Assembly (NCBI GenBank): GCA_045586595.1
Contig: JAZNAQ010000026.1
Span: 48,200-112,199 of the forward strand
Length of the DNA: 64,000 nucleotides
Direction: 5' to 3'
DNA from: Eubacteriales bacterium
Lineage (GTDB): Bacteria > Bacillota > Clostridia > Oscillospirales > JAAYXM01
The notes beneath the pieces were generated by a model. That model saw only the letters and a list, made by a program, of their open reading frames with translations. It was not told the DNA's origin and ran no database searches. Positions within the stretch are counted from its first letter, which is position 1. Every line of letters begins with the position of its first letter. This document shows, in pieces, positions 10,569 to 18,463 of this stretch. The translations under genes were made by a program, and so were the position numbers.

Positions 10569-11939
10569 ATGAACAGGGAAGTAAATCAATACGAAAAAAT
10601 GACCACTTGGCCTATACCTAAGCTTGTAATTACACTGGGTATTCCTACAACTATCAGTATGCTGGTAACTAATATCTATAATATGGCGGACACTTATTTT
10701 GTAAGTGAGCTTGGCAACAGCGCCAGCGGTGCAGTCGGTGTTGTGTTTGGTTTGATGGCAATCATTCAAGCTTTTGGGTTTATGTTTGGCCACGGAGCGG
10801 GAAGTATAATTGCACGAAAATTGGGGCAGAAAGATTCTCATAGTGCAAGTGTTTTTGCTTCTTTAAGTATTATGGCGTGTCTTTGCGTAGGTGCTCTGAT
10901 TGGCGTTTTAGGCCTTATATTTATAGAACCTCTTATGCGGATACTTGGCAGTACTGCAACTATTCTTCCATATGCGAAGGGATATGGAATATATATTCTT
11001 ATTGCGGCTCCCTTTACTATGACAAGTTTTGCGTTAAATAACATTTTAAGGTATGAGGGCAAAGCGTTTTTTTCTATGATAGGTCTTACCATTGGCGGGA
11101 TTTTAAATATAATATGCGACCCGATACTGATATTTGGTTTTGATATGGGTATAGCGGGCGCAGGTCTGTCTACAGCTATCTCGCAGGTGATAGGATTTTT
11201 GATTTTGCTTTCTATGTTTTTGAGGGGGAAAACACTTAGCAAGCTTAGCGTTAAATTTATAAAAGAAAATCCTAAAGGGATATTTGAGATTATGGCAACG
11301 GGATTTCCTAGCCTGTGCCGTCAGGGGTTAAGCAGTATTGCTACGATGACCCTGAACAATCTGGCAGGCGGAGTTGGCGGAGATGCCGCCGTTGCGGCGA
11401 TGTCTATTGTAAATAGGATTACGTTCTTTATCTTTGCTGTAGGTCTTGGCATTGGGCAAGGGTTTCAGCCCGTGGCGTCATTTAACTACGGGGCAAAGAT
11501 ATATTCGAGGGTGAAAAAAGCGTTTTATTTTACCCTCGGAGCGGGAGAAGTGCTGTTGTGTGTATTAGTTGTGGTTGGTCTGGTGTTTTCAAATCACTTA
11601 ATAGGGATCTTCCGTAATGATCCGACGGTTATTGATATAGGGACGCTTAGTTTGAAGTTACAGCTTTTAGCACTTTTCTTTCACCCGTTGACAATCTGTT
11701 CAAATATGCTTTTCCAGAGTATAGGAGAAAATAAGAAGGCAACCTTTTTATCAATGCTCAGAAGCGGAATATTGTTTATACCTATTTTGTTGATACTAAC
11801 GAGATTTTTTGGCCTTTTCGGAGTTCAGTCAGCTCAGGCAATAGCGGATGTGCTTGCATTTTTTGTTTCTGCACCGCTTGTATTGAGCTTTTTAAAAAAG
11901 CTTCCGGACGACCAACCTGACGTTAAGCCTGTTGGGTAA
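10569..11939 (+). CDS. MATE family efflux transporter
   Basis: IYNMADTYFV, NIICDPILIF, GIAGAGLST, GFQPVASFNYGA; about 12 TMs. Confidence 0.95.
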   Translation: MNREVNQYEKMTTWPIPKLVITLGIPTTISMLVTNIYNMADTYFVSELGNSASGAVGVVFGLMAIIQAFGFMFGHGAGSIIARKLGQKDSHSASVFASLSIMACLCVGALIGVLGLIFIEPLMRILGSTATILPYAKGYGIYILIAAPFTMTSFALNNILRYEGKAFFSMIGLTIGGILNIICDPILIFGFDMGIAGAGLSTAISQVIGFLILLSMFLRGKTLSKLSVKFIKENPKGIFEIMATGFPSLCRQGLSSIATMTLNNLAGGVGGDAAVAAMSIVNRITFFIFAVGLGIGQGFQPVASFNYGAKIYSRVKKAFYFTLGAGEVLLCVLVVVGLVFSNHLIGIFRNDPTVIDIGTLSLKLQLLALFFHPLTICSNMLFQSIGENKKATFLSMLRSGILFIPILLILTRFFGLFGVQSAQAIADVLAFFVSAPLVLSFLKKLPDDQPDVKPVG

Positions 11940-11984
11940 GGCGTTGTGTGTTTCAAGAGAGTAAGGTTTGAATTACATATACTT

Positions 11985-12042
11985 AATTTTTGTTCCTACC
12001 TTAACACGAGGCTATAAAGGATGTCGGATGTTGTCGAAAGGA
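11985..12042 (+). repeat. Cassette-junction repeat, type A (copy 1)
   Basis: TTTTTGTTCCTACCTTAACACGAG..ATAAAG..TGTCGAAAGGA; aligns over ~55 bp with 13781-13838. Confidence 0.8.
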
Positions 12043-12049
12043 ATGCGAA

Positions 12050-12388
12050 ATGAAAAAAGTTATTATTGGAATTTTAATTGCGTCATTAGTTGATATAAGT
12101 TTTGGTGTGCCGTATTGGGTTGACGATTTTGCATGTGCAAAATATCATAATAAAATTGAAGCTGTTGTTTCAAGTGTTGATGGTGTCAAGGTAATAGATA
12201 TGTTGAGTGGGTGTGGAAATCCGGCTAATGGAAATCATACCAGTAAGATCGTCGTTGCTTTGGTTGAAACAGAAATGACAGTTGCAGATTTAACAGATGA
12301 ATTTTCAAATGCATATAGAATAATGCCTTTTGATGAATTATTGAATGAAACTGAAACATTTGATAGATTTTATGTTAAATACATCTGA
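12050..12388 (+). pseudogene. C-terminally truncated paralog of 16244-16657 (secreted/membrane hypothetical)
   Basis: Aligns with 16244-16657 up to ...ETFDRF, then ends after YVKYI; paralog continues about 30 aa. Confidence 0.65.
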
Positions 12389-12496
12389 ATACGACAAGTA
12401 CTATGAAATTGTAGGGGTGTCGTATAGATAAAAAGGTTGCGTCTAAACCCTATATCCCTTACAATACATGTTTATTATAAACAAAGGTGGATTTAT

Positions 12497-13003
12497 ATGG
12501 CGCACATACTGGGAGTATTGGCGGTTGCGACCTTTCTTTTAAGCTTTCAGTTTAAAAAGAGAAGAAACATTATTGCTGTCAATTTAACCTCAAGGCTGTT
12601 ATACATATTACAATACATTTTTCTTGGAGCATTTGAGGGTGCTGTTTTAGATTTTATGGGGCTTTTGTTGTCCTTTTTCGCAGGATACAAAGAAAAAGAG
12701 TTTGTGATAAAGCATTTTAAGGCTATTATGGTGGTTATCAGCCTGCTCTTTTTGGCGGTAGGACTTGCCTTGTATGAAAACATATTCAGTATATTCGCTA
12801 TTTTGGGGATTGTTTTTGAAATCGTTGCTTTGTGGCTGACAAAAGAAAAAAACATAAGAATTCTTTCTATGGTTGCAGCCCCATTTTGGCTTGTTTATAA
12901 TCTGGCAAACTCGGCATACGGCTCTGTAGTCGGGAATGTTCTGGTAATGGTTTCAATCGCAATTGCTATGGTAAGACTTGATTTTAATAAAAAAGCAATT
13001 TAA
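12497..13003 (+). CDS. YgjV-like inner membrane protein
   Basis: LSFQFKKR, QYIFLGAFEGA, IRILSMVAAPFWLVYN; multi-TM; ATG after AAGGTGG. Confidence 0.75.
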   Translation: MAHILGVLAVATFLLSFQFKKRRNIIAVNLTSRLLYILQYIFLGAFEGAVLDFMGLLLSFFAGYKEKEFVIKHFKAIMVVISLLFLAVGLALYENIFSIFAILGIVFEIVALWLTKEKNIRILSMVAAPFWLVYNLANSAYGSVVGNVLVMVSIAIAMVRLDFNKKAI

Positions 13004-13023
13004 CTGTAAAAAGGAATATAGAT

Positions 13024-13782
13024 ATGGATATCATACAGACTTTTTATGACAATTTGGCTTCACAATATGATAAACTTTTTCTTGATTGGCAAGCCACATT
13101 AAAAGAACAAGCCTTGATTTTAGATAAACTGTTTAAAGATAACGGATATGATAATAAGTCTAAAATTCTTGATTGTGCCTGTGGCATTGGAACACAATCA
13201 ATAGGGCTTGCTGCTCTGGGGTATAATTTAACAGCTTCTGACATAAGCGATTGTGAACTTGAAGAAGCAAGAAAACGAGCTATAAAAAACGATGTAAAGA
13301 TTTGTTTTAAAAACGCTGACTTTCGTACATTATCTAAAACCTTTTCGCGGGAGTTCGACATTGTTATTGCTATGGATAATGCTTTGCCGCATATGCTATC
13401 AAAGAGTGATTTGGAAACGGCTATCAAGAGCATCACAGGTCGGGTAGCGTCAGGCGGTATGTTTGTTGCCAGCATTAGAGATTATGATGATTTGCTTAAT
13501 AGCAAGCCACCATATTCTGCACCGTATATACATAAGACAGAAAAGGGGCAGAGAGTGTCCTTTCAGACATGGAACTGGGACGGTGACTGTTACAAGCTTA
13601 TCCAGTATATTATCGAAGATGATAAAACTCTAAAAACAAATAAATTTGAATGTGAATACAGGGCGGTTCGTAGAGAAGAAATTACAAATCTACTTCTCTC
13701 TAATGGTTGCAGTAATGTGGTATGGAAATTTACTAAAGAAACGGGCTTTTATCAACCAATTGTAATTGCCAAAAAACAATAA
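13024..13782 (+). CDS. Class I SAM-dependent methyltransferase
   Basis: ILDCACGIGTQ motif I, ASDIS, FDIVIAMDNALPH. Confidence 0.9.
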   Translation: MDIIQTFYDNLASQYDKLFLDWQATLKEQALILDKLFKDNGYDNKSKILDCACGIGTQSIGLAALGYNLTASDISDCELEEARKRAIKNDVKICFKNADFRTLSKTFSREFDIVIAMDNALPHMLSKSDLETAIKSITGRVASGGMFVASIRDYDDLLNSKPPYSAPYIHKTEKGQRVSFQTWNWDGDCYKLIQYIIEDDKTLKTNKFECEYRAVRREEITNLLLSNGCSNVVWKFTKETGFYQPIVIAKKQ

Positions 13783-13838
13783 TTTTTTGTTTCTAACTTG
13801 ACACGAGCGATAAAGATATAGAATAATGTCGAAAGGAG
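13781..13838 (+). repeat. Cassette-junction repeat, type A (copy 2)
   Basis: TTTTTTGTTTCTAACTTGACACGAG..ATAAAG..TGTCGAAAGGAG directly after the methyltransferase stop. Confidence 0.8.
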
Positions 13839-13845
13839 TAGTTAG

Positions 13846-14559
13846 ATGAAAAAGAAAATTATAGTAACTACATTAGTAATTATATTTCTTGTAGCATTAT
13901 GTGTTGTAGTTGCATTGTGGTTTAATCCGAATTTAAATAAATTCAAATTAAAAAGTGTAGAGAATAATGCGTTGGAATATATACATCAAACATATCCTGA
14001 ATTTACAGTCGATGATATTTCTGTTAGACACGAGTGGGGATCAATTTATTGTGATGGTGGTCATTATGTTGTTGATTATAATGACGAGAAAAGCGAAAGT
14101 CGAACGATAATATTTGACCATGCAGGTGCGGAAATTTTATCAGATAAATATATTGACTATGAGGCTTGGAAGATTATATATGATTATGAAGATAGTATAA
14201 AGGCACAAGTAACGGATGCTTTGAAAAATAAGTTGTCAATAGATGCGCATTATGTCATTATAGATGATATAAATGTATATGGTAAAGAACGGGAAATTGT
14301 TTTGGATGGATTGGATATATCAAGGGATTCTGTAAATTGCAGTATAGGTATTATCGGTGAAGATAATAGTTTATCCTTGGAGTTTGCGAAACTATCAAAA
14401 GAAATTTTTTGTACAGTATTTTCTTTAAAATTACCTATAGAGAATATAGAAATTTATCAACATAACTCGCCTGACAGCAGATTCGATATAACTTGCCCTG
14501 TGGATATGGGTACAATGAGCATAGAAGAAATTGAGAAACTTGTCAATTTTTGTTTCTAA
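13846..14559 (+). CDS. Hypothetical membrane-anchored/secreted protein
   Basis: N-terminal MKKKII plus hydrophobic helix; RBS AAAGGAG; its stop codon lies inside the next junction motif. Confidence 0.75.
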   Translation: MKKKIIVTTLVIIFLVALCVVVALWFNPNLNKFKLKSVENNALEYIHQTYPEFTVDDISVRHEWGSIYCDGGHYVVDYNDEKSESRTIIFDHAGAEILSDKYIDYEAWKIIYDYEDSIKAQVTDALKNKLSIDAHYVIIDDINVYGKEREIVLDGLDISRDSVNCSIGIIGEDNSLSLEFAKLSKEIFCTVFSLKLPIENIEIYQHNSPDSRFDITCPVDMGTMSIEEIEKLVNFCF

Positions 14560-14610
14560 CATGATTTGAACTTGACACCAAAAATATTTGCATCTAAAAC
14601 TTATGTGTCG
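14545..14610 (+). repeat. Cassette-junction repeat (copy 3, composite)
   Basis: TTTTTGTTTCTAAC-ATGATTTG-AACTTGACAC..ATTTGCATCTA..GTGTCG; shares parts of types A and B. Confidence 0.7.
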
Positions 14611-14660
14611 TAATGTATATCGTATCGAATTTGTCTAAAAAAGAAGTTAAAATGCGGAAG

Positions 14661-14694
14661 GGAATATCTTTATGGATATCATACAGACTTTTTA
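14661..14694 (+). pseudogene. Duplicated 5' fragment of the methyltransferase gene
   Basis: 14671-14694 is identical to 13023-13046 (TATGGATATCATACAGACTTTTTA); both preceded by GGAATAT. Confidence 0.75.
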
Positions 14695-14725
14695 ACACGA
14701 AAGATGTTCGATGATCTCGAAAAAA

Positions 14726-14855
14726 CAAAGCCTTCCCCTTGAGGAGAAGGTTGTGTGCGAAGCAACTCGGATGAGGTGGAAAAGATAACGATTGCTTTGC
14801 AATCTACACCTCACCACCGCCTACGGCGGAGCCTCTCCTCAAGGAGAAGCCTTTG
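14726..14855. repeat. REP/MITE-like palindromic element (130 bp)
   Basis: 22-bp terminal inverted repeats at 20/22 (CAAAGCCTTCCCCTTGAGGAGA / TCTCCTCAAGGAGAAGCCTTTG); inner TGAGGTG/CACCTCA pair; GC-rich in AT-rich context. Confidence 0.8.
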
Positions 14856-14869
14856 AAAGGAGCACGATT

Positions 14870-14950
14870 ATGGATTTTGTAACTTGGTTTGTAATTGCTA
14901 TTGCAATAATCGTTCCAGTAGCAACATATATTTTTCACAATAAGGAATGA
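14870..14950 (+). CDS. Small 26-aa single-TM peptide (not in ORF track)
   Basis: MDFVTWFVIAIAIIVPVATYIFHNKE*, RBS GAAAGGAG upstream, junction motif right after the stop. Confidence 0.55.
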   Translation: MDFVTWFVIAIAIIVPVATYIFHNKE

Positions 14951-15020
14951 TATTTGCTCTTACCTTGATATGAAGATGTTTTCAAAATAATTGGCATCTA
15001 GATTATACAGTCTTTATAAA
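14951..15020 (+). repeat. Cassette-junction repeat, type B (copy 4)
   Basis: TTTGCTCTTACCTTGATATGAA..ATTGGCATCTAGATTATACAGTCTTTATAAA; last 31 bp are 30/31 identical to 16697-16727. Confidence 0.8.
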
Positions 15021-15071
15021 GTTTGATATACAAGGGATAAAATCGAATAAAACATAAAAAGAAAAAGGAGA

Positions 15072-16172
15072 ATGAAAATGTCAGCAAAAACAAAAATAAT
15101 AACTTTAATTGCGGTCTTGATATTATGTCTTGGAATGATTGTATATGGTACAATATCTGAAGGAAACTCAATAATGGATATAATGCCGAGATTGATTTTA
15201 ATGGGACTGACAGCAGTAGTAGTCATAATAAGAATTGCATCAAATTCTCCTAAAAAACAATCTATTGATATAGAATCATTGAAAAAGGATATTGTTACAG
15301 CTAAAGAATGGATAAAAACAGCTCTTGAATCATCAAGCTACCAGGCAGATTTCTCAATTGAAAGTTTAAAAGATATTGACCGTTTCTTTGACGAGCAAAA
15401 CAAAGATGATGGTATTTTATCGCAAAATACAGGTAGAATACTTTTTGCTTTAGGTGTATATGTTGGGGAAACTATAATTTCAAACTATGGTGGTCAGTGG
15501 GATTTGAGCGGTTGTAAGAGTGAAACAAGTATTAGTGTAAGAGTTGATGAAAACACAGTTTTGTTCCCGGTTATCAGAGTTATGGCAAGATATGAGTATG
15601 GCACTGTAAATAGCATTTATGCTTACGGTTGTAGTATCAAGAAAGAAGAAAAGAGAAACTCAACAGATGTTGAAATTGATACATCAATAGTTGAAACTAA
15701 AAACATTGATGATATATGGAGAATAGAGGAAAAAGAAAACTTTATAGTTGCATTGAGTCAATACATAGCAGAAAAGTGTGAGTACGGAGATAATATTGAA
15801 ACTCTGAATGAAGAACAGAGAGTTTTCTATATTACACAGGCTTTAGAAATGGAAGTTAACAATGGCGGTTTCGCGCAGTTTTTCTTTAATTCTAATGGTA
15901 TGTTTGCCAATGAACTTATTGCGTCTTTTGAAAAAATCGGTGCAATGAAAACAGCAGAAATTTGCAAAAAGGCGATTAGTATATACGGAGATGAAGTTCC
16001 AACTGACAGAGATGAAAGAGAAGATGGTTTAACCCCTGATGATGAAAAAGAGGAAGAAAGAATAGAAGAATTGCTTAACGAATGTGACGATGCGTTCTTT
16101 GAATACGAAGATGATTTAGTCGAATTAAATTATCAATTTATCATCAACAATAAGGAGTCATTTATGAACTAA
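15072..16172 (+). CDS. Two-TM protein with C-terminal DUF4375/DMP19-like domain
   Basis: C-terminal EMEVNNGGFAQFFFNS..FEKIGA motif typical of DUF4375; central ADFSIESLKDID..LGVYVGETI..GGQW domain; start may be 15078. Confidence 0.7.
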   Translation: MKMSAKTKIITLIAVLILCLGMIVYGTISEGNSIMDIMPRLILMGLTAVVVIIRIASNSPKKQSIDIESLKKDIVTAKEWIKTALESSSYQADFSIESLKDIDRFFDEQNKDDGILSQNTGRILFALGVYVGETIISNYGGQWDLSGCKSETSISVRVDENTVLFPVIRVMARYEYGTVNSIYAYGCSIKKEEKRNSTDVEIDTSIVETKNIDDIWRIEEKENFIVALSQYIAEKCEYGDNIETLNEEQRVFYITQALEMEVNNGGFAQFFFNSNGMFANELIASFEKIGAMKTAEICKKAISIYGDEVPTDRDEREDGLTPDDEKEEERIEELLNECDDAFFEYEDDLVELNYQFIINNKESFMN

Positions 16173-16233
16173 TATTTTTTTGTCCCTAACTTGACAAAAT
16201 CATAGTAAGATTGTCGAAAAAAGTCGAAAGGAG
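16173..16233 (+). repeat. Cassette-junction repeat, type A (copy 5)
   Basis: TTTTTTGTCCCTAACTTGACA..TTGTCGAAAAAAGTCGAAAGGAG after the DUF4375 gene stop. Confidence 0.75.
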
Positions 16234-16243
16234 AGGCGAGCAT

Positions 16244-16657
16244 ATGAAGAAAATTATTATTGGAATTTTAATTGCATTATTGGCTTTCGTAAGTGTTTGT
16301 GTACCATATTGGGTTGATGATTTAGCATGTGCAAAATATCATACAAAAATAGAAAACGTTGTTTCGAGTGTTGATGAACTTAAAGTAATAGATATGTTAA
16401 GTGGATGCGGAAATCCGGCTAATGGTGATCATACCAGTAAAATTGTGGTTGTTTTAATAGAAACCCAAATGACACTTGATGAGCTGAAGAGTAAATTTCC
16501 AGATTCATTTAGAATAATGCCTTTTGATGAATTATTGAATGAAACTGAAACATTTGATAGATTTTCTAAACACGTTACAGAAAACAGTGATGATAATTAC
16601 GTGATTGTGTATTCGGAGAGTGCACCTTTTTACTACCTGGATTTAAGAGGTCATTAA
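16244..16657 (+). CDS. Hypothetical secreted/membrane protein (full-length paralog of 12050)
   Basis: N-terminal hydrophobic helix, GCGNPANGDHT motif; ATG after AAAGGAGAGG. Confidence 0.75.
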   Translation: MKKIIIGILIALLAFVSVCVPYWVDDLACAKYHTKIENVVSSVDELKVIDMLSGCGNPANGDHTSKIVVVLIETQMTLDELKSKFPDSFRIMPFDELLNETETFDRFSKHVTENSDDNYVIVYSESAPFYYLDLRGH

Positions 16658-16727
16658 TCTTTAGTCCCAACTGGATATGAAATATTATCCCAAAAGATTG
16701 GCATCTAGAATATACAGTCTTTATAAA
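16658..16727 (+). repeat. Cassette-junction repeat, type B (copy 6; right end of array)
   Basis: TTAGTCCCAACTGGATATGAA..ATTGGCATCTAGAATATACAGTCTTTATAAA. Confidence 0.8.
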
Positions 16728-16785
16728 ATAAACTAAATTTACTACATGGCCTTATATTAAAAATTAAAAGAAAAGGAAGATTATA

Positions 16786-17079
16786 ATGACAGGTAAACAA
16801 AGAGCATATTTAAGAGCATTGGCAAACGGTATTGATGCAAAATACCAGATAGGGAAAGACGGAATTGATGACGAAACAATTAAAATGGTTGATTTGGCAC
16901 TTGAGGCAAATGAGCTGATTAAAATTAAAGTTCTTGAAAACGCTTTTCTCGACATACGCGAGGCTTGTGAAGAAGTATGCGAAGCGACAGGCGCATACCC
17001 TGTGCAGTGTATCGGGAACAAATTTGTTCTTTATCGTGAATCAGAAAAGAACAAGACTATAAACATCCCGAAGAAGTAA
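16786..17079 (+). CDS. yhbY: YhbY/CRM RNA-binding protein
   Basis: MTGKQRAYLR, QIGKDGI, ELIKIKVL, VQCIGNKFVLYR. Confidence 0.93.
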   Translation: MTGKQRAYLRALANGIDAKYQIGKDGIDDETIKMVDLALEANELIKIKVLENAFLDIREACEEVCEATGAYPVQCIGNKFVLYRESEKNKTINIPKK

Positions 17080-17120
17080 CAATATAATAGATAAAACTCG
17101 TTATATGGGAGAATGATTTT

Positions 17121-18431
17121 ATGTGGTTTGAAGAAAGTGTTATATATCAAATTTACCCATTTGGTTTTTGCGGAGCACCGGAGCGAAACGACGGTGTTTT
17201 GTCTCCTCGTATTTTAAAGCTTTGCGATTATATCCCGCACCTTTTAAAGCTTAACATCAATGCTGTGTATTTTTGCCCTGTGTTTGAAAGCTCATCACAT
17301 GGGTATGATACAAAGGATTTTTCTAGAATAGATGTCAGGCTTGGCAGTAATGAAGATTTTAAGCATGTGTGCCGGAAACTGCACGAAAACGGAATACGCG
17401 TTATATTAGACGGCGTATTTAACCACGTTGGCAGAGATTTTTTTGCATTCCGCGACGTGCTTGAGAACAGATACAATTCTCAGTATAAACACTGGTTTAA
17501 CATAAACTTTGACGGAAACAGCAGCTATAATGACGGTTTTTGGTACGAAGGCTGGGAAGGGCATTATGAGCTCGTAAAGCTAAATCTTGATAATCCCGAT
17601 GTTAAGAATTATTTATTAAGCTGTGTGGGGCAATGGATTGACTATTTTGAAATTGACGGTCTGCGGCTCGATGTAGCGTATATGTTAAACCGCCAGTTTA
17701 TGCGTGAGCTTCGGGCGTTTTGTGACTCTAAGAAAGCTGACTTTTTCCTCGCCGGCGAGATGATACACGGAAATTACAGAGATATTGTCAATAACGAAAT
17801 GCTTCACAGTGCTACGAACTATGAATGCTTTAAGGGTATATACTCCTCATTTAACAGCATGAATATGTTTGAAATAGGCCATTCGCTCAGAAACCGTTTC
17901 GGGAACGAAGACTGGTGTATGTATCGTGGTATGAAGTTAATATCATTTGTTGACAATCATGACGTAACAAGGATTGCATCAAACCTCACCAATAAAAACC
18001 ACATTATTCCGGCATTTGGGATTTTAATGTCAATGCCCGGGATACCGTGTATATATTACGGAAGCGAATGGGGCATAGAAGGATGTAAAGAACAGGGTAG
18101 CGACCGCACACTTCGCCCCGAAATTACAGAAGCCGTAAATAATGATATAAGTGAGTTTGTTGCAAAGGCTGCAAAAATTCACCGAGAGAACAAATGTTTG
18201 TGTTATGGGGAATTTGATATACTTCATATGACCAATAAACAGCTTGTTTTTCAGAGAAGCTTTGAGGGCGAGCGCATAATCGTAATGATAAATGCAGATG
18301 ACTGCGAATATGTGGCACATTATAATGCAAATGCAGGTTGTGGAGTCGAACTTTTAAAAGGGACTCATTTCGACTTTGGCGCAGGAAGTGTGTTACCTCC
18401 GTATTCGGTTCAATATGTAAAAACAATGTAA
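17121..18431 (+). CDS. GH13 alpha-amylase family glycosidase (cyclomaltodextrinase-like)
   Basis: HGYDTKD, DGVFNH, DGLRLDVA, FVDNHD, PCIYYGSE. Confidence 0.9.
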   Translation: MWFEESVIYQIYPFGFCGAPERNDGVLSPRILKLCDYIPHLLKLNINAVYFCPVFESSSHGYDTKDFSRIDVRLGSNEDFKHVCRKLHENGIRVILDGVFNHVGRDFFAFRDVLENRYNSQYKHWFNINFDGNSSYNDGFWYEGWEGHYELVKLNLDNPDVKNYLLSCVGQWIDYFEIDGLRLDVAYMLNRQFMRELRAFCDSKKADFFLAGEMIHGNYRDIVNNEMLHSATNYECFKGIYSSFNSMNMFEIGHSLRNRFGNEDWCMYRGMKLISFVDNHDVTRIASNLTNKNHIIPAFGILMSMPGIPCIYYGSEWGIEGCKEQGSDRTLRPEITEAVNNDISEFVAKAAKIHRENKCLCYGEFDILHMTNKQLVFQRSFEGERIIVMINADDCEYVAHYNANAGCGVELLKGTHFDFGAGSVLPPYSVQYVKTM

Positions 18432-18463
18432 AATCATAAGCGAATATTGCCGGAGGGAATAAT

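Noticed and set aside
13791-13847. Canonical attC site (TTCTAAC...GTTAGAT)
   Set aside because: The GTTRRRY partner occurs in only this copy, the left box is not RYYYAAC, and there is no intI in the window; kept only as an analogy.
11985-16730. Junction repeats as a CRISPR array
   Set aside because: Repeats are degenerate and separated by whole genes rather than 30-40 nt spacers; no cas genes in the window.
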